Counted from the first letter of the stretch, positions 15,971-25,888 are shown. The stretch is 26,224 nucleotides of DNA from Minisyncoccota bacterium (GCA_040880645.1 JBBDHZ010000144.1:1-26224), one strand, 5' to 3'. Notes: generated from the letters alone by a model not told the origin. Translations and numbers: made by a program.

Positions 15971-16009
15971 GGCATTGTCACCGGGATTCTCATAATGCGC
16001 GACAATGCC
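15971..16009. promoter_or_regulatory. Perfect 9-bp inverted repeat GGCATTGTC-N21-GACAATGCC (candidate operator); third half-site GACAATGTC at 16101-16109
   Basis: Read directly in the 363-bp intergenic region between the AlbA_2 gene stop and the methyltransferase start on the minus strand. Confidence 0.35.
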
Positions 16010-16107
16010 GTCCCAATCGCAACCTGTTTCTTTTGAAGCATTTATGCCAATCCCATAAGGCAGCCAATGACCATTAAACGAACCCGTCTGCGCAAAGCGT
16101 GACAATG

Positions 16108-17754
16108 TCAGCCGGGATCTTCTTCGGAAGGTGGGCCGACGTACCAGCGGGCGTTTCGCGTTTCTCCAACGATGTGTGCTCGATTCTCGGCACGTAGATC
16201 CTCCAACAGCGTCCGCACCTCGTGCCGACTCATTTGCGGAAGAACCGACTGCAATTCTCCCATCGCGCAGCCGTCGACCACGCGATTCAACAACCTCGCC
16301 TCCAGTCGTTCCTTTTTTTCTTCGCGGTCCCGAAGTCGCTGAAACTGGGATTCCTGACCACGAAATTGATAATACGACTTGCCCAAGATAAAGCGACCAC
16401 GAACGGCGCGGAGGATAAACCCGTCTTCGAGTAACTGGTCTGTGCGATCCAGCAGCTTAGCCGGCAGCGGTTCTTCGCGGCACAACATATCGAGGACGAG
16501 CCAGTCGTCCGTGCTGAGCGATTCCAACACGGTCGCGTCAAATTGCCTCAGATATCGTACGAACTCCTTGTTTCGAACTCTTCCGTTCAGTTTGAGGCAA
16601 ACTGTGTATTGATCCGTTCCGCGAAAGTCGGGACACGATTTGCTGTCGCGAATTGCGGATTCGAACATCAAGTCCATACCCTGCCCGGCGCGCTCCACGA
16701 GGCCGCACTTCCCGAAAATCTCCGCGATGCGGCGGTTTCGCGGCGACTGGCGGTACAGAATGTTGCCAGGTGTGATCTCGGCCGGGAATCCGCCGGGACT
16801 GTCGATTTCGATCCGGTCCGGGTACTGACGAACCCAGACGTTGCTACCGAGTTGATAGTTGCGATGGCTGACCGCGTTCAGAATGGCTTCGCGAACCGCC
16901 CTTTCGCTGAAGGTCGGGACGTCCAACACAAACATGCCGTCCTGATAATGCTGCAAGTCATTCCGCAGGTTGATCAATTCCCACAACAGGTCGTACCACA
17001 GGAAGAAGGCTTCCGTGAACTCCTCGCGCTGAGCGGCGGGACCGGGGGCGTTGCTCGATCGGTATTCGAAGACGACCTCGGCCTGTGCCACGTGTTTCCG
17101 CATCGCGCGCCGACTGCCGAACAGGATCAGGCCGGCATATGTCACCTGACCATCAACGGTTGCTTCGATGTCCGAGAGCAACTGTTCCTTCGACAAGGCA
17201 GCCAGTCCGGAGTTGCCGCTCTTGTTGATCCACCGCCGCCGGAATTCTTCAACAGCCGCGTCTTCAAGATCGTCGATCGACAATCCCTCACAGACGTCGG
17301 CCGAGAAATCGTGTCCCGATTCGGCGATGATGTCACGTAGTCGTTCACCAGGCATCCCAACGAGACTGTCATTGTCTCGAATCAGATAGCGGCCTTCCCA
17401 TTGGATCGCGATGCCAACCGGCCGGCTGGGAACATGAAAAATCAAGACGCGCCCGTTCGGATGCTGAATTTCCTCGAACGTGATGCCGAGGTGCAAGCGT
17501 TGATTCAAACCGGCACGAGTTCGCTCCGGCTGATTGAAGGCATTCGATCCAACGACTTGTCGCGGACGCGCATCTGTGACACCCAAGATAATCCTGCCGC
17601 CGCCTTCGTTGGCAAGTGCCACGCAGTATTGCGTCAGTTCTTCGAAGTCATAGCGATTCCTGGCCGCCTTGAATTCGAGGTTCTCGCCTTCTGTGCCGCG
17701 CATCCACTGCTCAAGCGTTTGAGCGTCAGCCATCCTGCTTACCCTCCTCGACAC
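16108..17754 (-). CDS. AlbA_2 (Schlafen-like DNA-binding) + HATPase_c_4 domain protein, putative regulator/sensor
   Basis: 548 aa. N-terminus ENLEFKAARN...ELTQYCVALANEGGGRIILGV fits the AlbA_2 'putative DNA-binding' domain. Middle ...AVREAILNAVSHRNYQLGSNVWVRQYPDRIEIDSPGGFPAEI fits the RecG-C-terminal/HATPase_c_4 family. Start overlaps the stop of the upstream GHKL gene. Confidence 0.75.
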   Translation of the reverse strand: MSRRVSRMADAQTLEQWMRGTEGENLEFKAARNRYDFEELTQYCVALANEGGGRIILGVTDARPRQVVGSNAFNQPERTRAGLNQRLHLGITFEEIQHPNGRVLIFHVPSRPVGIAIQWEGRYLIRDNDSLVGMPGERLRDIIAESGHDFSADVCEGLSIDDLEDAAVEEFRRRWINKSGNSGLAALSKEQLLSDIEATVDGQVTYAGLILFGSRRAMRKHVAQAEVVFEYRSSNAPGPAAQREEFTEAFFLWYDLLWELINLRNDLQHYQDGMFVLDVPTFSERAVREAILNAVSHRNYQLGSNVWVRQYPDRIEIDSPGGFPAEITPGNILYRQSPRNRRIAEIFGKCGLVERAGQGMDLMFESAIRDSKSCPDFRGTDQYTVCLKLNGRVRNKEFVRYLRQFDATVLESLSTDDWLVLDMLCREEPLPAKLLDRTDQLLEDGFILRAVRGRFILGKSYYQFRGQESQFQRLRDREEKKERLEARLLNRVVDGCAMGELQSVLPQMSRHEVRTLLEDLRAENRAHIVGETRNARWYVGPPSEEDPG

Positions 17755-20700
17755 CGGAGGCGTCGGAGTGATGGTAAACGAGGCGGTAGTTGGCCGGATG
17801 CAAAGTCAGTCGATCTTGCGACCGAAGGCGAAGAAGTTCCGCACCGGAATACACAATCGCCTGGTCATTCGGGTCGCGAAGAACGATCGAATACCCATCG
17901 CTGTGGCGTTCGCACAGATTCCAGATGGCTGCGTCTAGTTGTAGTGGCTCTCGCTCAATACAGCAATCCTTCACCCAATAGCTTTGCACTAGCTCACCGC
18001 CACCAGAGTATCGCTCCCAGGGAAACGCATTTCCGCTGGACTTTTGAATCCAACCGCCATCCGCATGAAAGAAGCGATCGGTGCCGTCTTTCGAAAAACC
18101 AGCAGCCGCTGCCATCAACTCAATCAAGTGTGGCTTGGGTGTCTTTCGCGGCGGCGGCGGCTTCGGCGTTTCATCGTCGTTGTCCTCGTCGTCTAGTTCA
18201 TCGTCAGCGTCGACTTGCTGATCGTCGTCGTCGACATCGTCATCGTCGGCCGGATCATCAACGACATCGGCGTCGCCATCAGCATGTTGATCTTCGATAT
18301 CTGCATCTTGATCAGCATCGACGACATCTGAGGAGTTAGAGGCTTCTGCTTTTGGGTCTTCAGTATCTTCTGTTTCATCGTCTGCGACTTCGTCCGAAGC
18401 TGTCTCGTCGTTTGAATCGTCAACAGCAGGCTGGGGAGGGATGGCGTCTGGTGGCGACAACCGGAAGTTCTCTTCGAGGTACTCCTGAATGAATTCCGGA
18501 GATCGTTCCACGCAGGCGCGGATCGCGTCGCCGATGTCGCTGCGATCGAAGACGCGTGCGATCTCCTGCGTGATCGACTTGAAGAGCTGAGCGACGGGAC
18601 GGTCGTCAACATACAGCCGGTCATCCTTCCAAAGCACATGAATTCGGCGAGACGTGCCGGCCGGCGTGCCGTCGATGTAGGGAATCGATTCCAGTCCAGT
18701 CGCTACTTGCCAGAGTGTCGTGGCGATCCGATGCCCAAGTTGCCGAACAGTATCCTGCTGGTCCTGCTCATCAAGTTCGATTCGGGCGATCCCCTGACCC
18801 AATGCCAGCATCCATGCCTTTGGAACCGGCTGTGCCAAGCCGAACAAGCTTTCCGAGAACTGATCCTCGATGCGGCTGGCCAAGGTTGGCAAGTCGCTGA
18901 ATGGCGATTGCCGGCACGTTTCAGCATCCAATCGCTGCATGTCGGCCGTCGTCTGCTTGACCGGCTGGAACAAGTGACTCCAGGACACGAGCGACTGCAT
19001 CGTCAGCGAATACTTGAGAGTCGATGTCTCCGCCCATTGCCCGTCAAGACTCAGCCAGTGCCCACACTCTTCCCAGATCCGAAGAGGGAACTTTGGTAAC
19101 AATGCTCGGACACGTCGCAATTCGTCGGCACTCAGCTTTTTCCCTGACGGGAGATCCGTCAGCCATTCGATGGCGAGATCGGCACTCGGTCGCTCGGCAA
19201 CCCCGATCTTCTGCCACAACGTCAAATGTCTAACGGACGCATGAACCAACGGTGCGTCCGGGACATCTTCTTCCGATGCGTTCAGAAAAACTTCTGCCTT
19301 GCTACACCAATGACCATCATGTGTGAGAATCAACGACTCCGTGGCAAACGAGTGCTGTATGGTTTGCGACTCAGCGGTCGAACACTTCAGAAGGAGTTGA
19401 TCGAGCCGGTGATACCATTTTTCAACTTCAAACACTGGCGGTTCCTTGACTCCCACAAACGTGCGCAGCCTATCAAGAAGTCGCTTAGGGCCAGTCGGTG
19501 TGGCACCAACGCCAAGCAATTCCAACAACGGTCGCGTGTGTTCGTTATCGTCATCAATTCGCACAAAGGGTTCGACATCTAGCAATGCTTCGGTGGCCGG
19601 AGTGCGCCGCAGCAACTCAGCCGGCTTTCGACACTGTCCACGAGTGTCGACGAGGCAGGGCAGATCGCGGAGCTTTACCAACCATGCCGACGGCACTTTT
19701 GACGCGACAGTTCTTCGACGCCCGTTCTTCGCAACTTCAGAGACTGTTGCTTCTTTAGCTCTATTGGTGTACTCAGCCGGTCGTTGAAAGAGGCGAGACA
19801 GAAGTTGTGACCAGAATGTCGAATCGTCTTTCGCAGCGCGTTTCCAGTGCATCCAGTGCTTAGTCGAGAAGTCCAAGTCGTCGATCATAAACTCGTCCGT
19901 CGAGTAACGAAAGAAAAGTTCTTCCGAGTGATTTCGCTTTCGCAACTCTGCCTCAAGCTGTTGTCGCCCCCAGACGTTTTCTATTGAACCAGCCAATGGG
20001 ACGAAGGTGAGCAGTTTACTTTTGCCGCTCAATATCCACCGTTCCCATTCGAGTTGGCTGCAAGAAACAAAGTTCTGGTTGTAGTCGTCATGAAGTACGT
20101 GCTGCTCGTACCACTGGTTGTCGACGAATCGATCCAATTGTCCGTCAACATCGACGGCAATAGTTTCGCCGCTCGTGGATCGCAAGTCATTCTGCATGAC
20201 AAACTGAAACTGGTCTGTTACCGTAGCCCCAAGTCTCGCTGCGATCTGTGCGATTCGAATACAGTCTTCAATTGGGTAATCCTCAATTGCAAACGCCTTT
20301 GCGGCAACCGTCTCAATAATGCGACCGACATCGGTTGATTCATAGAGATCGAGAGAGACCAGCACTAACTGAGCGGCTGCCCAAGCGTTATGCAGACTGT
20401 CGTTCTTTTCGTCATCCGCTATTCGGCGTTGCTCCGCCAGGTAGCGAGGCCAGTTCTGATTGATGACCAACAAGTACTGCGAAAGGAAGTCCCAGTCGTC
20501 CTCGGAATGGAGAAGCCTCTTCTCGCCAAGGCGGACAACCTCGTCGGCTGAGTAGAGCACGTCGCGGCTTTGAACAGGAATAATTCGCACACCCTTACGC
20601 GATCTTCCATCGTAATGCTTCTTGCTGACGGCGTCGGAGACATAAGACCATAACGACAGGAGCTGCCGCCAAGATCCAGGGCGAGGCAGATGTTTCTGAC

Positions 20701-22048
20701 CAAGTATGTCGAGAACGCGGCTCTTCTCGATCTCGTCGAAAAGATTCCAGTTGCTGAGTTTTCGCCAATCGTCAGTCGAGATATGTCGGGACAGGAGAGG
20801 GCGGGCCTTCTCGTCGAAGAGCGTGGAGACTTGCTCAGGAGTCCAAATCGAGAGCAACCGACTTGGTAGGGACACGCACTCGACGCGTCGCACGACCAAT
20901 TCATTTTCTGTCAGCAACACTTCTCGATCGGCAATCGCTTCTTCGAAGTTCTCTTCGGCGATCGTGCCGGATGTGCCTTCAATACTATTGTCGTCGCGAT
21001 TCACGTCGGGCAACAAGGCGTATGCGTGGCATCGCTCCGTGGCCGACAAGTCGTGCCGGTGGAGCCATTGGCACATCGCCGACGCAGCGAGCTCGCCGGC
21101 ACGTTTCAGCAGCCAACGGTTTGCGGGCGACGTGTCTGGGTCTTTGATTTTTACGCGCGCCGGATCTTGAATGAACGGGGCATTGCAGGCGAACGGCAAC
21201 TCCGTCTTGACGCCAGTTGGAAGGATGACGAACAGGCGGCCTTCCATCCCAAGGACAATTTCAACGCGGCAAGGTGGGAATGATGACTCGTCGTCCGAGG
21301 AGATCATTCGTTCTTGTCGAATCTCCTCGACGGCCTCCGGTGGAAACGGTTCCTCGTCTGAACGAACAACGAGGTATTTACTGTCCGGTTCTGTGGATGA
21401 AGTCATCCACGTTGATCCTGGCACTGGCCCTTCGCCGACAGAATCCCAGCGAACTTCGTGCTCTCCAACTCGAAGGCACCGGATTGAATCGAAGAACAGA
21501 AGTGATGCTGGGCTGGCGAGCCACTCGCCAAGGTTTTTCTCAATTTCCCTTTGACGAAACTCATCTTTGATGATGACGCTGACCTCGGTGTTCTCCGTGG
21601 GTTGATTGCCGATCCAAACCGGTTCGGAGAATCGCCCCCGGAGAAAGGCAATGGACAGCGTTGGCGTGCGGAGTCTTACTTCGTCCCCGAGGCTAAAAGT
21701 GCTTTTGAACCCGATGCCGCGAAATCCAATCGTGTGCAGACTTCGCTTGTTGGAGTAGCCAAAGCGACAGAGAGAAGCGAACTCATCGTCGATAAAGTCA
21801 TTGCCGTCGTGCGAGAAAACGAACTCGCCGTTGACGATTCGCACTTGTGCTTCGGTTGCTCCTGCATCGTCGGCGTTTTGCAGCAACTCCGAAACGACGT
21901 GCCGGGGACTTTGCACCTGCTTGAAAAGCTGGTGCCACGGTGCAGCCAGTTCAGGATCGGCCTCAAGCTGCTCCCAGCGAGCCCGCGCCTTGTCGCGGAT
22001 AGCATCGAAGTAATCCGGCGGCGAAACGCCTTGCGAGTCGTGCGTCAC
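17726..22048 (-). CDS. Giant sacsin/NO-VEIN-like GHKL ATPase with internal poly-acidic tract and uncharacterised C-terminal domain
   Basis: 1440 aa. N-box VVSELLQNADDAGATEAQVRI and G2-box TIGFRGIGFKSTF match a sacsin-type Bergerat fold. ~90-residue Asp/Glu-rich tract near aa 1200-1300, followed by a Pro-rich stretch and a ~200-aa C-terminal domain. Start is 14 nt after the helicase stop. Confidence 0.8.
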   Translation of the reverse strand: MTHDSQGVSPPDYFDAIRDKARARWEQLEADPELAAPWHQLFKQVQSPRHVVSELLQNADDAGATEAQVRIVNGEFVFSHDGNDFIDDEFASLCRFGYSNKRSLHTIGFRGIGFKSTFSLGDEVRLRTPTLSIAFLRGRFSEPVWIGNQPTENTEVSVIIKDEFRQREIEKNLGEWLASPASLLFFDSIRCLRVGEHEVRWDSVGEGPVPGSTWMTSSTEPDSKYLVVRSDEEPFPPEAVEEIRQERMISSDDESSFPPCRVEIVLGMEGRLFVILPTGVKTELPFACNAPFIQDPARVKIKDPDTSPANRWLLKRAGELAASAMCQWLHRHDLSATERCHAYALLPDVNRDDNSIEGTSGTIAEENFEEAIADREVLLTENELVVRRVECVSLPSRLLSIWTPEQVSTLFDEKARPLLSRHISTDDWRKLSNWNLFDEIEKSRVLDILGQKHLPRPGSWRQLLSLWSYVSDAVSKKHYDGRSRKGVRIIPVQSRDVLYSADEVVRLGEKRLLHSEDDWDFLSQYLLVINQNWPRYLAEQRRIADDEKNDSLHNAWAAAQLVLVSLDLYESTDVGRIIETVAAKAFAIEDYPIEDCIRIAQIAARLGATVTDQFQFVMQNDLRSTSGETIAVDVDGQLDRFVDNQWYEQHVLHDDYNQNFVSCSQLEWERWILSGKSKLLTFVPLAGSIENVWGRQQLEAELRKRNHSEELFFRYSTDEFMIDDLDFSTKHWMHWKRAAKDDSTFWSQLLSRLFQRPAEYTNRAKEATVSEVAKNGRRRTVASKVPSAWLVKLRDLPCLVDTRGQCRKPAELLRRTPATEALLDVEPFVRIDDDNEHTRPLLELLGVGATPTGPKRLLDRLRTFVGVKEPPVFEVEKWYHRLDQLLLKCSTAESQTIQHSFATESLILTHDGHWCSKAEVFLNASEEDVPDAPLVHASVRHLTLWQKIGVAERPSADLAIEWLTDLPSGKKLSADELRRVRALLPKFPLRIWEECGHWLSLDGQWAETSTLKYSLTMQSLVSWSHLFQPVKQTTADMQRLDAETCRQSPFSDLPTLASRIEDQFSESLFGLAQPVPKAWMLALGQGIARIELDEQDQQDTVRQLGHRIATTLWQVATGLESIPYIDGTPAGTSRRIHVLWKDDRLYVDDRPVAQLFKSITQEIARVFDRSDIGDAIRACVERSPEFIQEYLEENFRLSPPDAIPPQPAVDDSNDETASDEVADDETEDTEDPKAEASNSSDVVDADQDADIEDQHADGDADVVDDPADDDDVDDDDQQVDADDELDDEDNDDETPKPPPPRKTPKPHLIELMAAAAGFSKDGTDRFFHADGGWIQKSSGNAFPWERYSGGGELVQSYWVKDCCIEREPLQLDAAIWNLCERHSDGYSIVLRDPNDQAIVYSGAELLRLRSQDRLTLHPANYRLVYHHSDASGVEEGKQDG

Positions 22049-22062
22049 TTAAAGGGCTCCTT

Positions 22063-25000
22063 TCATGCGGGCGGACCTCCCCGCTGGAGCATTTCGTTCA
22101 GTTTGTAATTAACGCTCGTGACATCGAAGTCGGGTTCGCGTTCGAAGGGTGTTCGCACATAGACCGGTGCCAACGGCGTGTCACCATCCACCTGGACGAT
22201 GGCGAGAATGAAGCTCGTTGCCGAGTTAATGCCCGTGACGATCTCGTTGCGGGTAATCGTAACGGTGTCCGCTCCAACAACTCTTCCTTTGACTTCGATG
22301 AATCTGAGCCGTTTAGTCTGACCGTCGATTGACTCAATGTCGTAGCCGCACTTGTCTTCACTGACGTCGCGGGGTGAGTGACCAAGTGTTTCCTCGGCTT
22401 CCATGACCGCTCGCATCGCGAGCAGTTCGACGCGCTTCGTTTCGCGGGCCTGAATATCGTCGGTTGTCGATTGATACCCGCAGAGCTTCCGCAGCATGCC
22501 ATTGGAAAGCACTAGAGCTCCGCCGACGGCGATAGGAGCTTTCGGCGAAAGCTGTTTTTCTTGCTCCAACTCTTCGAGCCGTTTCTTGAGCCGGGTTTGG
22601 AGTTCGTCGGCCCGCTGCTCTGCTTTGCGAGAGTTGAGCTTCGGTGTCCTGCCAGCTTCTTCCTGAGCCTTTAATTGTTGTGCCCGGTTATCCCAGTGCA
22701 TGTACTCCTTGGTGAGCCGTTCCGTCACCGCTTGAATCGTTTTGTCGATCAGTGCGTCTTTCCGACCGCGAACTTCCTGCACATGCCGCGGCACAAGCTC
22801 CGAGATCGCATATTCAATCGCCCGCTCTTCCAAATCCCAAGCGAGCCACTCCTCGTCGAGAAGCGGCTGAATCTTCGCAAGCTCATCCACAGTCGCAGGT
22901 CGATAATCGAGGTATGGCGCATAACCGGCGGATCGGACCATGTCGTCACGATCGATCGTTACGAATTGAAGCTGACGGCTGACTGCACGGCGGACGCCAC
23001 TGTCCGTGGTGCGGCCATCCTGGATCGTATGCTCCAAATAGAACAACGCTCGGACGTCTTCCGTTGGATCGCACTCGTTGATCAGGATTGCGCCTTGCTT
23101 CAGCAGGTCTCGGTATCGTTCCAGGATTAGATCGATGCACGTGTCGAGCAAAGCATGGCCCGGACACACAAATGCCGCTTGCCGTTGTCCGTCGACATTG
23201 ATGAGCTGCTTATCAAATGTGATACGCTCGTATTGTCGCTGAAGCTTGTTTCGCGTGCCGATCTGACGGTCGCGATTGCGGATGTCGGCGGGGACGTGAC
23301 TGATTTCAAACCGTTTGCTTTCGCGTTCTCGAAGCTTGCCGCCAAGATGTGCGAAGGCGTCACGAAAGAACGTCGCGATGAAATGCGGCTGTAGCCGTCG
23401 CGCATTGGCACGTTCCATCGTCGCGCGGAGTTCGCGGACTCGCGAGGTGTCCATCGTCTCGTGCCCAAGCGAGCGTTCCTCAATTAACTCGCGAAGGCGA
23501 GAATGGTCGAGCGCTCCTTCGACTTTCTCCTTGAGCTTGGCCCGGACCTCGGGCTGCTTGCCATAAAGAATGGCCTCCTGCAACAGGTCACGCAACCTCC
23601 GGCCTTCAATCGCCTTTCCCAGAACATCGAAGACGGCTCCGCCAAGAGCTTCTCGTTCAACTTCCAGTTTCTCCAGAAGCCGCCTAAAAACATCGCCTTC
23701 CCGTGTTTCGCCAGCGACGAGATTCCAGAGGTGACATACATTCGTTTGTCCGATCCGGTGAATGCGGCCGAAGCGTTGTTCCAGTCGGTTGGGATTCCAC
23801 GGCAGGTCGTAATTGACCATCAAATGAGCCTGTTGCAGGTTGATGCCTTCGCCAGCGGCATCCGTAGCGAGCAAGACCAGTGTTTCCTTGTCGTGCGTAA
23901 ACCGATCCTGAGCATCCTTCCGATGTTCACGCAACATGCCGCCGGTGATCGTGACGACTGCTTCGGGCAACCCGAGCAGCGTTGTGATTCGGTTGTGAAG
24001 ATAGTTCAGCGTGTCGCGATGTTCGGTGAAGATGACGAGCTTCCGGCGATTACCGAACTCGTCGAACATGTGCTCGTTCTCCTGAAGGATCGAAGAAAGC
24101 TGCTCCCACTTTTTGTCCTTACCGCTGCTGCGCACTCGGCCCGCCAGTGCCTCCAGTTCCTTCAGCCGTTCAATCTCCAATTCGAGTTCGGCGATCGTCT
24201 GGGCTGCCGTGGCCTGATCAAGGATGTCCTCTTCAGCGTCCTCGAACTCGGTTCCAGGGCGGTCTTCGAAGTCTTCGATGTCATCATCCGATTCAAGCAT
24301 CGGCAACCCGGCAGTGAAGTCGATTCTGGCGGTCTCGCCACGCCGTATCAGCTTCACTTCTTCGCGACGACTTTCGAGTCGCTCGCGACGGCGACGTAAC
24401 GAATGGAAAATCGCTTCAGGGGACGAAGCCAATCGACGTTGAAGGATCGTCAATGCGAAGCCAACCGTGCCTTTGCGTCCGTCATTCTCAAGTGCTTTCG
24501 CTCGGTCGAACTCCGTTCGGACGTACTCGGTCACTTCGTTATAAAGGACGTCCTCTTCGTCGCTGAGCTTGTAATTGACTGTGTATGCCTTGCGTTCTGG
24601 AAACAGTCGGGTCTCGTCGAACTTCAGCAGGTCTTCTTTGACCATCCGCCGCATCAAGTCACTGGCGTCGCAGGTATGGACGCCCGGCCGAAAGTTACCC
24701 TCGAATCGGTCACCGTCCAGCAAACGCATAAAGAGCTGGAAGTCCTCCTCCTTGCCGTTGTGTGGCGTGGCCGACATGAGCAAAAAGTGTCGAGTCAGTT
24801 TTTCGAGAAGCCGCCCCAGCTTATGCCGCTTCGTTTCTTTGACTTCGTTGCCGAACAGCGAGGCGGACATCTTGTGAGCTTCGTCGACGACAACGAGATC
24901 CCAGTCTGTGACATGCAGCTTATCCTGTACGGATTCGTTGCGACTGAGTTTATCGAGGCGGCAGATGATGAGGTCGTTTTCCAGAAACCAGTTGCCGCTG

Positions 25001-25572
25001 TAAGCGGATTCGAACTTGTCGTTCGTCATGATCTCGAACGGCAACTGGAATTTCTCGCTGAGTTCGTCCTGCCACTGCTCGACCAAATTGCCCGGCGCGA
25101 CGATCATGCAGCGTTTCAAATCGCCACGAACGATCAACTCCTTGATCAACAGGCCCGCCATGATCGTTTTACCCGCACCGGGGTCGTCGGCCAGAAGGAA
25201 TCGCAGCGGCTGCCGCGTAAGCATTTCGTCGTAGACGGCCGTGATCTGGTGCGGAAGTGGTTCGACAAGCGAAGTGTGGACAGCAAGAACCGGATCAAAC
25301 AGATATGCAAGCTGAATCCGCAACGCCTCTGAGACAAGGCGAAAGAGACTGCCGTCGCCGGTAAAGCTCCACGGCCGCCCTGCTTCGACGAGTTCCAGCG
25401 TGGGCTCTCGATCGCGATAGAGGATTTCTTGATCGGTGGTGCCGTCTGGACCTTCGTAGACGATCTTCAACGCGTTCGAGCCAATCGGCTTTGCATCGAT
25501 GATCTTTACGGATGCATTGGCCAGGATGCCTTTGACGGTTGCGCCTTTCGTGATTTCTTCAAGTCGTGCCAT
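22063..25572 (-). CDS. SNF2-family (DEAH) helicase with C-terminal DUF3883/NOV_C-like restriction-endonuclease-fold domain
   Basis: 1169 aa. Motif I LLADDPGAGKT. Motif II VVVDEAHKM. Motif III LLMSATPHNG. Helicase-C motifs ...LLATDAAGEGINLQ and QRFGRIHRIGQ. C-terminus ...CGYDIESIDGQTKRLRFIEVKGR...TRNEIVTG...FILAIV resembles the D..E.K DUF3883 core. Confidence 0.85.
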   Translation of the reverse strand: MARLEEITKGATVKGILANASVKIIDAKPIGSNALKIVYEGPDGTTDQEILYRDREPTLELVEAGRPWSFTGDGSLFRLVSEALRIQLAYLFDPVLAVHTSLVEPLPHQITAVYDEMLTRQPLRFLLADDPGAGKTIMAGLLIKELIVRGDLKRCMIVAPGNLVEQWQDELSEKFQLPFEIMTNDKFESAYSGNWFLENDLIICRLDKLSRNESVQDKLHVTDWDLVVVDEAHKMSASLFGNEVKETKRHKLGRLLEKLTRHFLLMSATPHNGKEEDFQLFMRLLDGDRFEGNFRPGVHTCDASDLMRRMVKEDLLKFDETRLFPERKAYTVNYKLSDEEDVLYNEVTEYVRTEFDRAKALENDGRKGTVGFALTILQRRLASSPEAIFHSLRRRRERLESRREEVKLIRRGETARIDFTAGLPMLESDDDIEDFEDRPGTEFEDAEEDILDQATAAQTIAELELEIERLKELEALAGRVRSSGKDKKWEQLSSILQENEHMFDEFGNRRKLVIFTEHRDTLNYLHNRITTLLGLPEAVVTITGGMLREHRKDAQDRFTHDKETLVLLATDAAGEGINLQQAHLMVNYDLPWNPNRLEQRFGRIHRIGQTNVCHLWNLVAGETREGDVFRRLLEKLEVEREALGGAVFDVLGKAIEGRRLRDLLQEAILYGKQPEVRAKLKEKVEGALDHSRLRELIEERSLGHETMDTSRVRELRATMERANARRLQPHFIATFFRDAFAHLGGKLRERESKRFEISHVPADIRNRDRQIGTRNKLQRQYERITFDKQLINVDGQRQAAFVCPGHALLDTCIDLILERYRDLLKQGAILINECDPTEDVRALFYLEHTIQDGRTTDSGVRRAVSRQLQFVTIDRDDMVRSAGYAPYLDYRPATVDELAKIQPLLDEEWLAWDLEERAIEYAISELVPRHVQEVRGRKDALIDKTIQAVTERLTKEYMHWDNRAQQLKAQEEAGRTPKLNSRKAEQRADELQTRLKKRLEELEQEKQLSPKAPIAVGGALVLSNGMLRKLCGYQSTTDDIQARETKRVELLAMRAVMEAEETLGHSPRDVSEDKCGYDIESIDGQTKRLRFIEVKGRVVGADTVTITRNEIVTGINSATSFILAIVQVDGDTPLAPVYVRTPFEREPDFDVTSVNYKLNEMLQRGGPPA

Positions 25573-25888
25573 CGCTACCTCGCCCTGCGCATCGCTTCAT
25601 CACCGGATGGCGATACTCTGAAAGTTTCCCTGTTACCCCATGCGCGTACTGTAAGGCTCGTTAGCTTACCTGTCGCAAGAACTACAATCCACTACCCGAG
25701 CGGGAACTCGCAGCAACCGATTGGAGAAATTCGCCGTGTGCCGGTAACGGCGAGAACGTAATCGGCAGAGTCTGCCCGTGCGCCGCAGTTTAGCTCTGGC
25801 TCCGATCGCAGTGGTCCAGGCCGCTCAAACTGCTGGTGGCAACTCGCTATGTCGCCGTTCGCCAGTTACAATCCCTCTACCTCGGACA

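Noticed and set aside
9006-25572. Canonical BREX or DISARM system
   Set aside because: No PglZ, BrxA, BrxB or BrxL (BREX), and no DUF1998 or PLD (DISARM) candidates among the ORFs.
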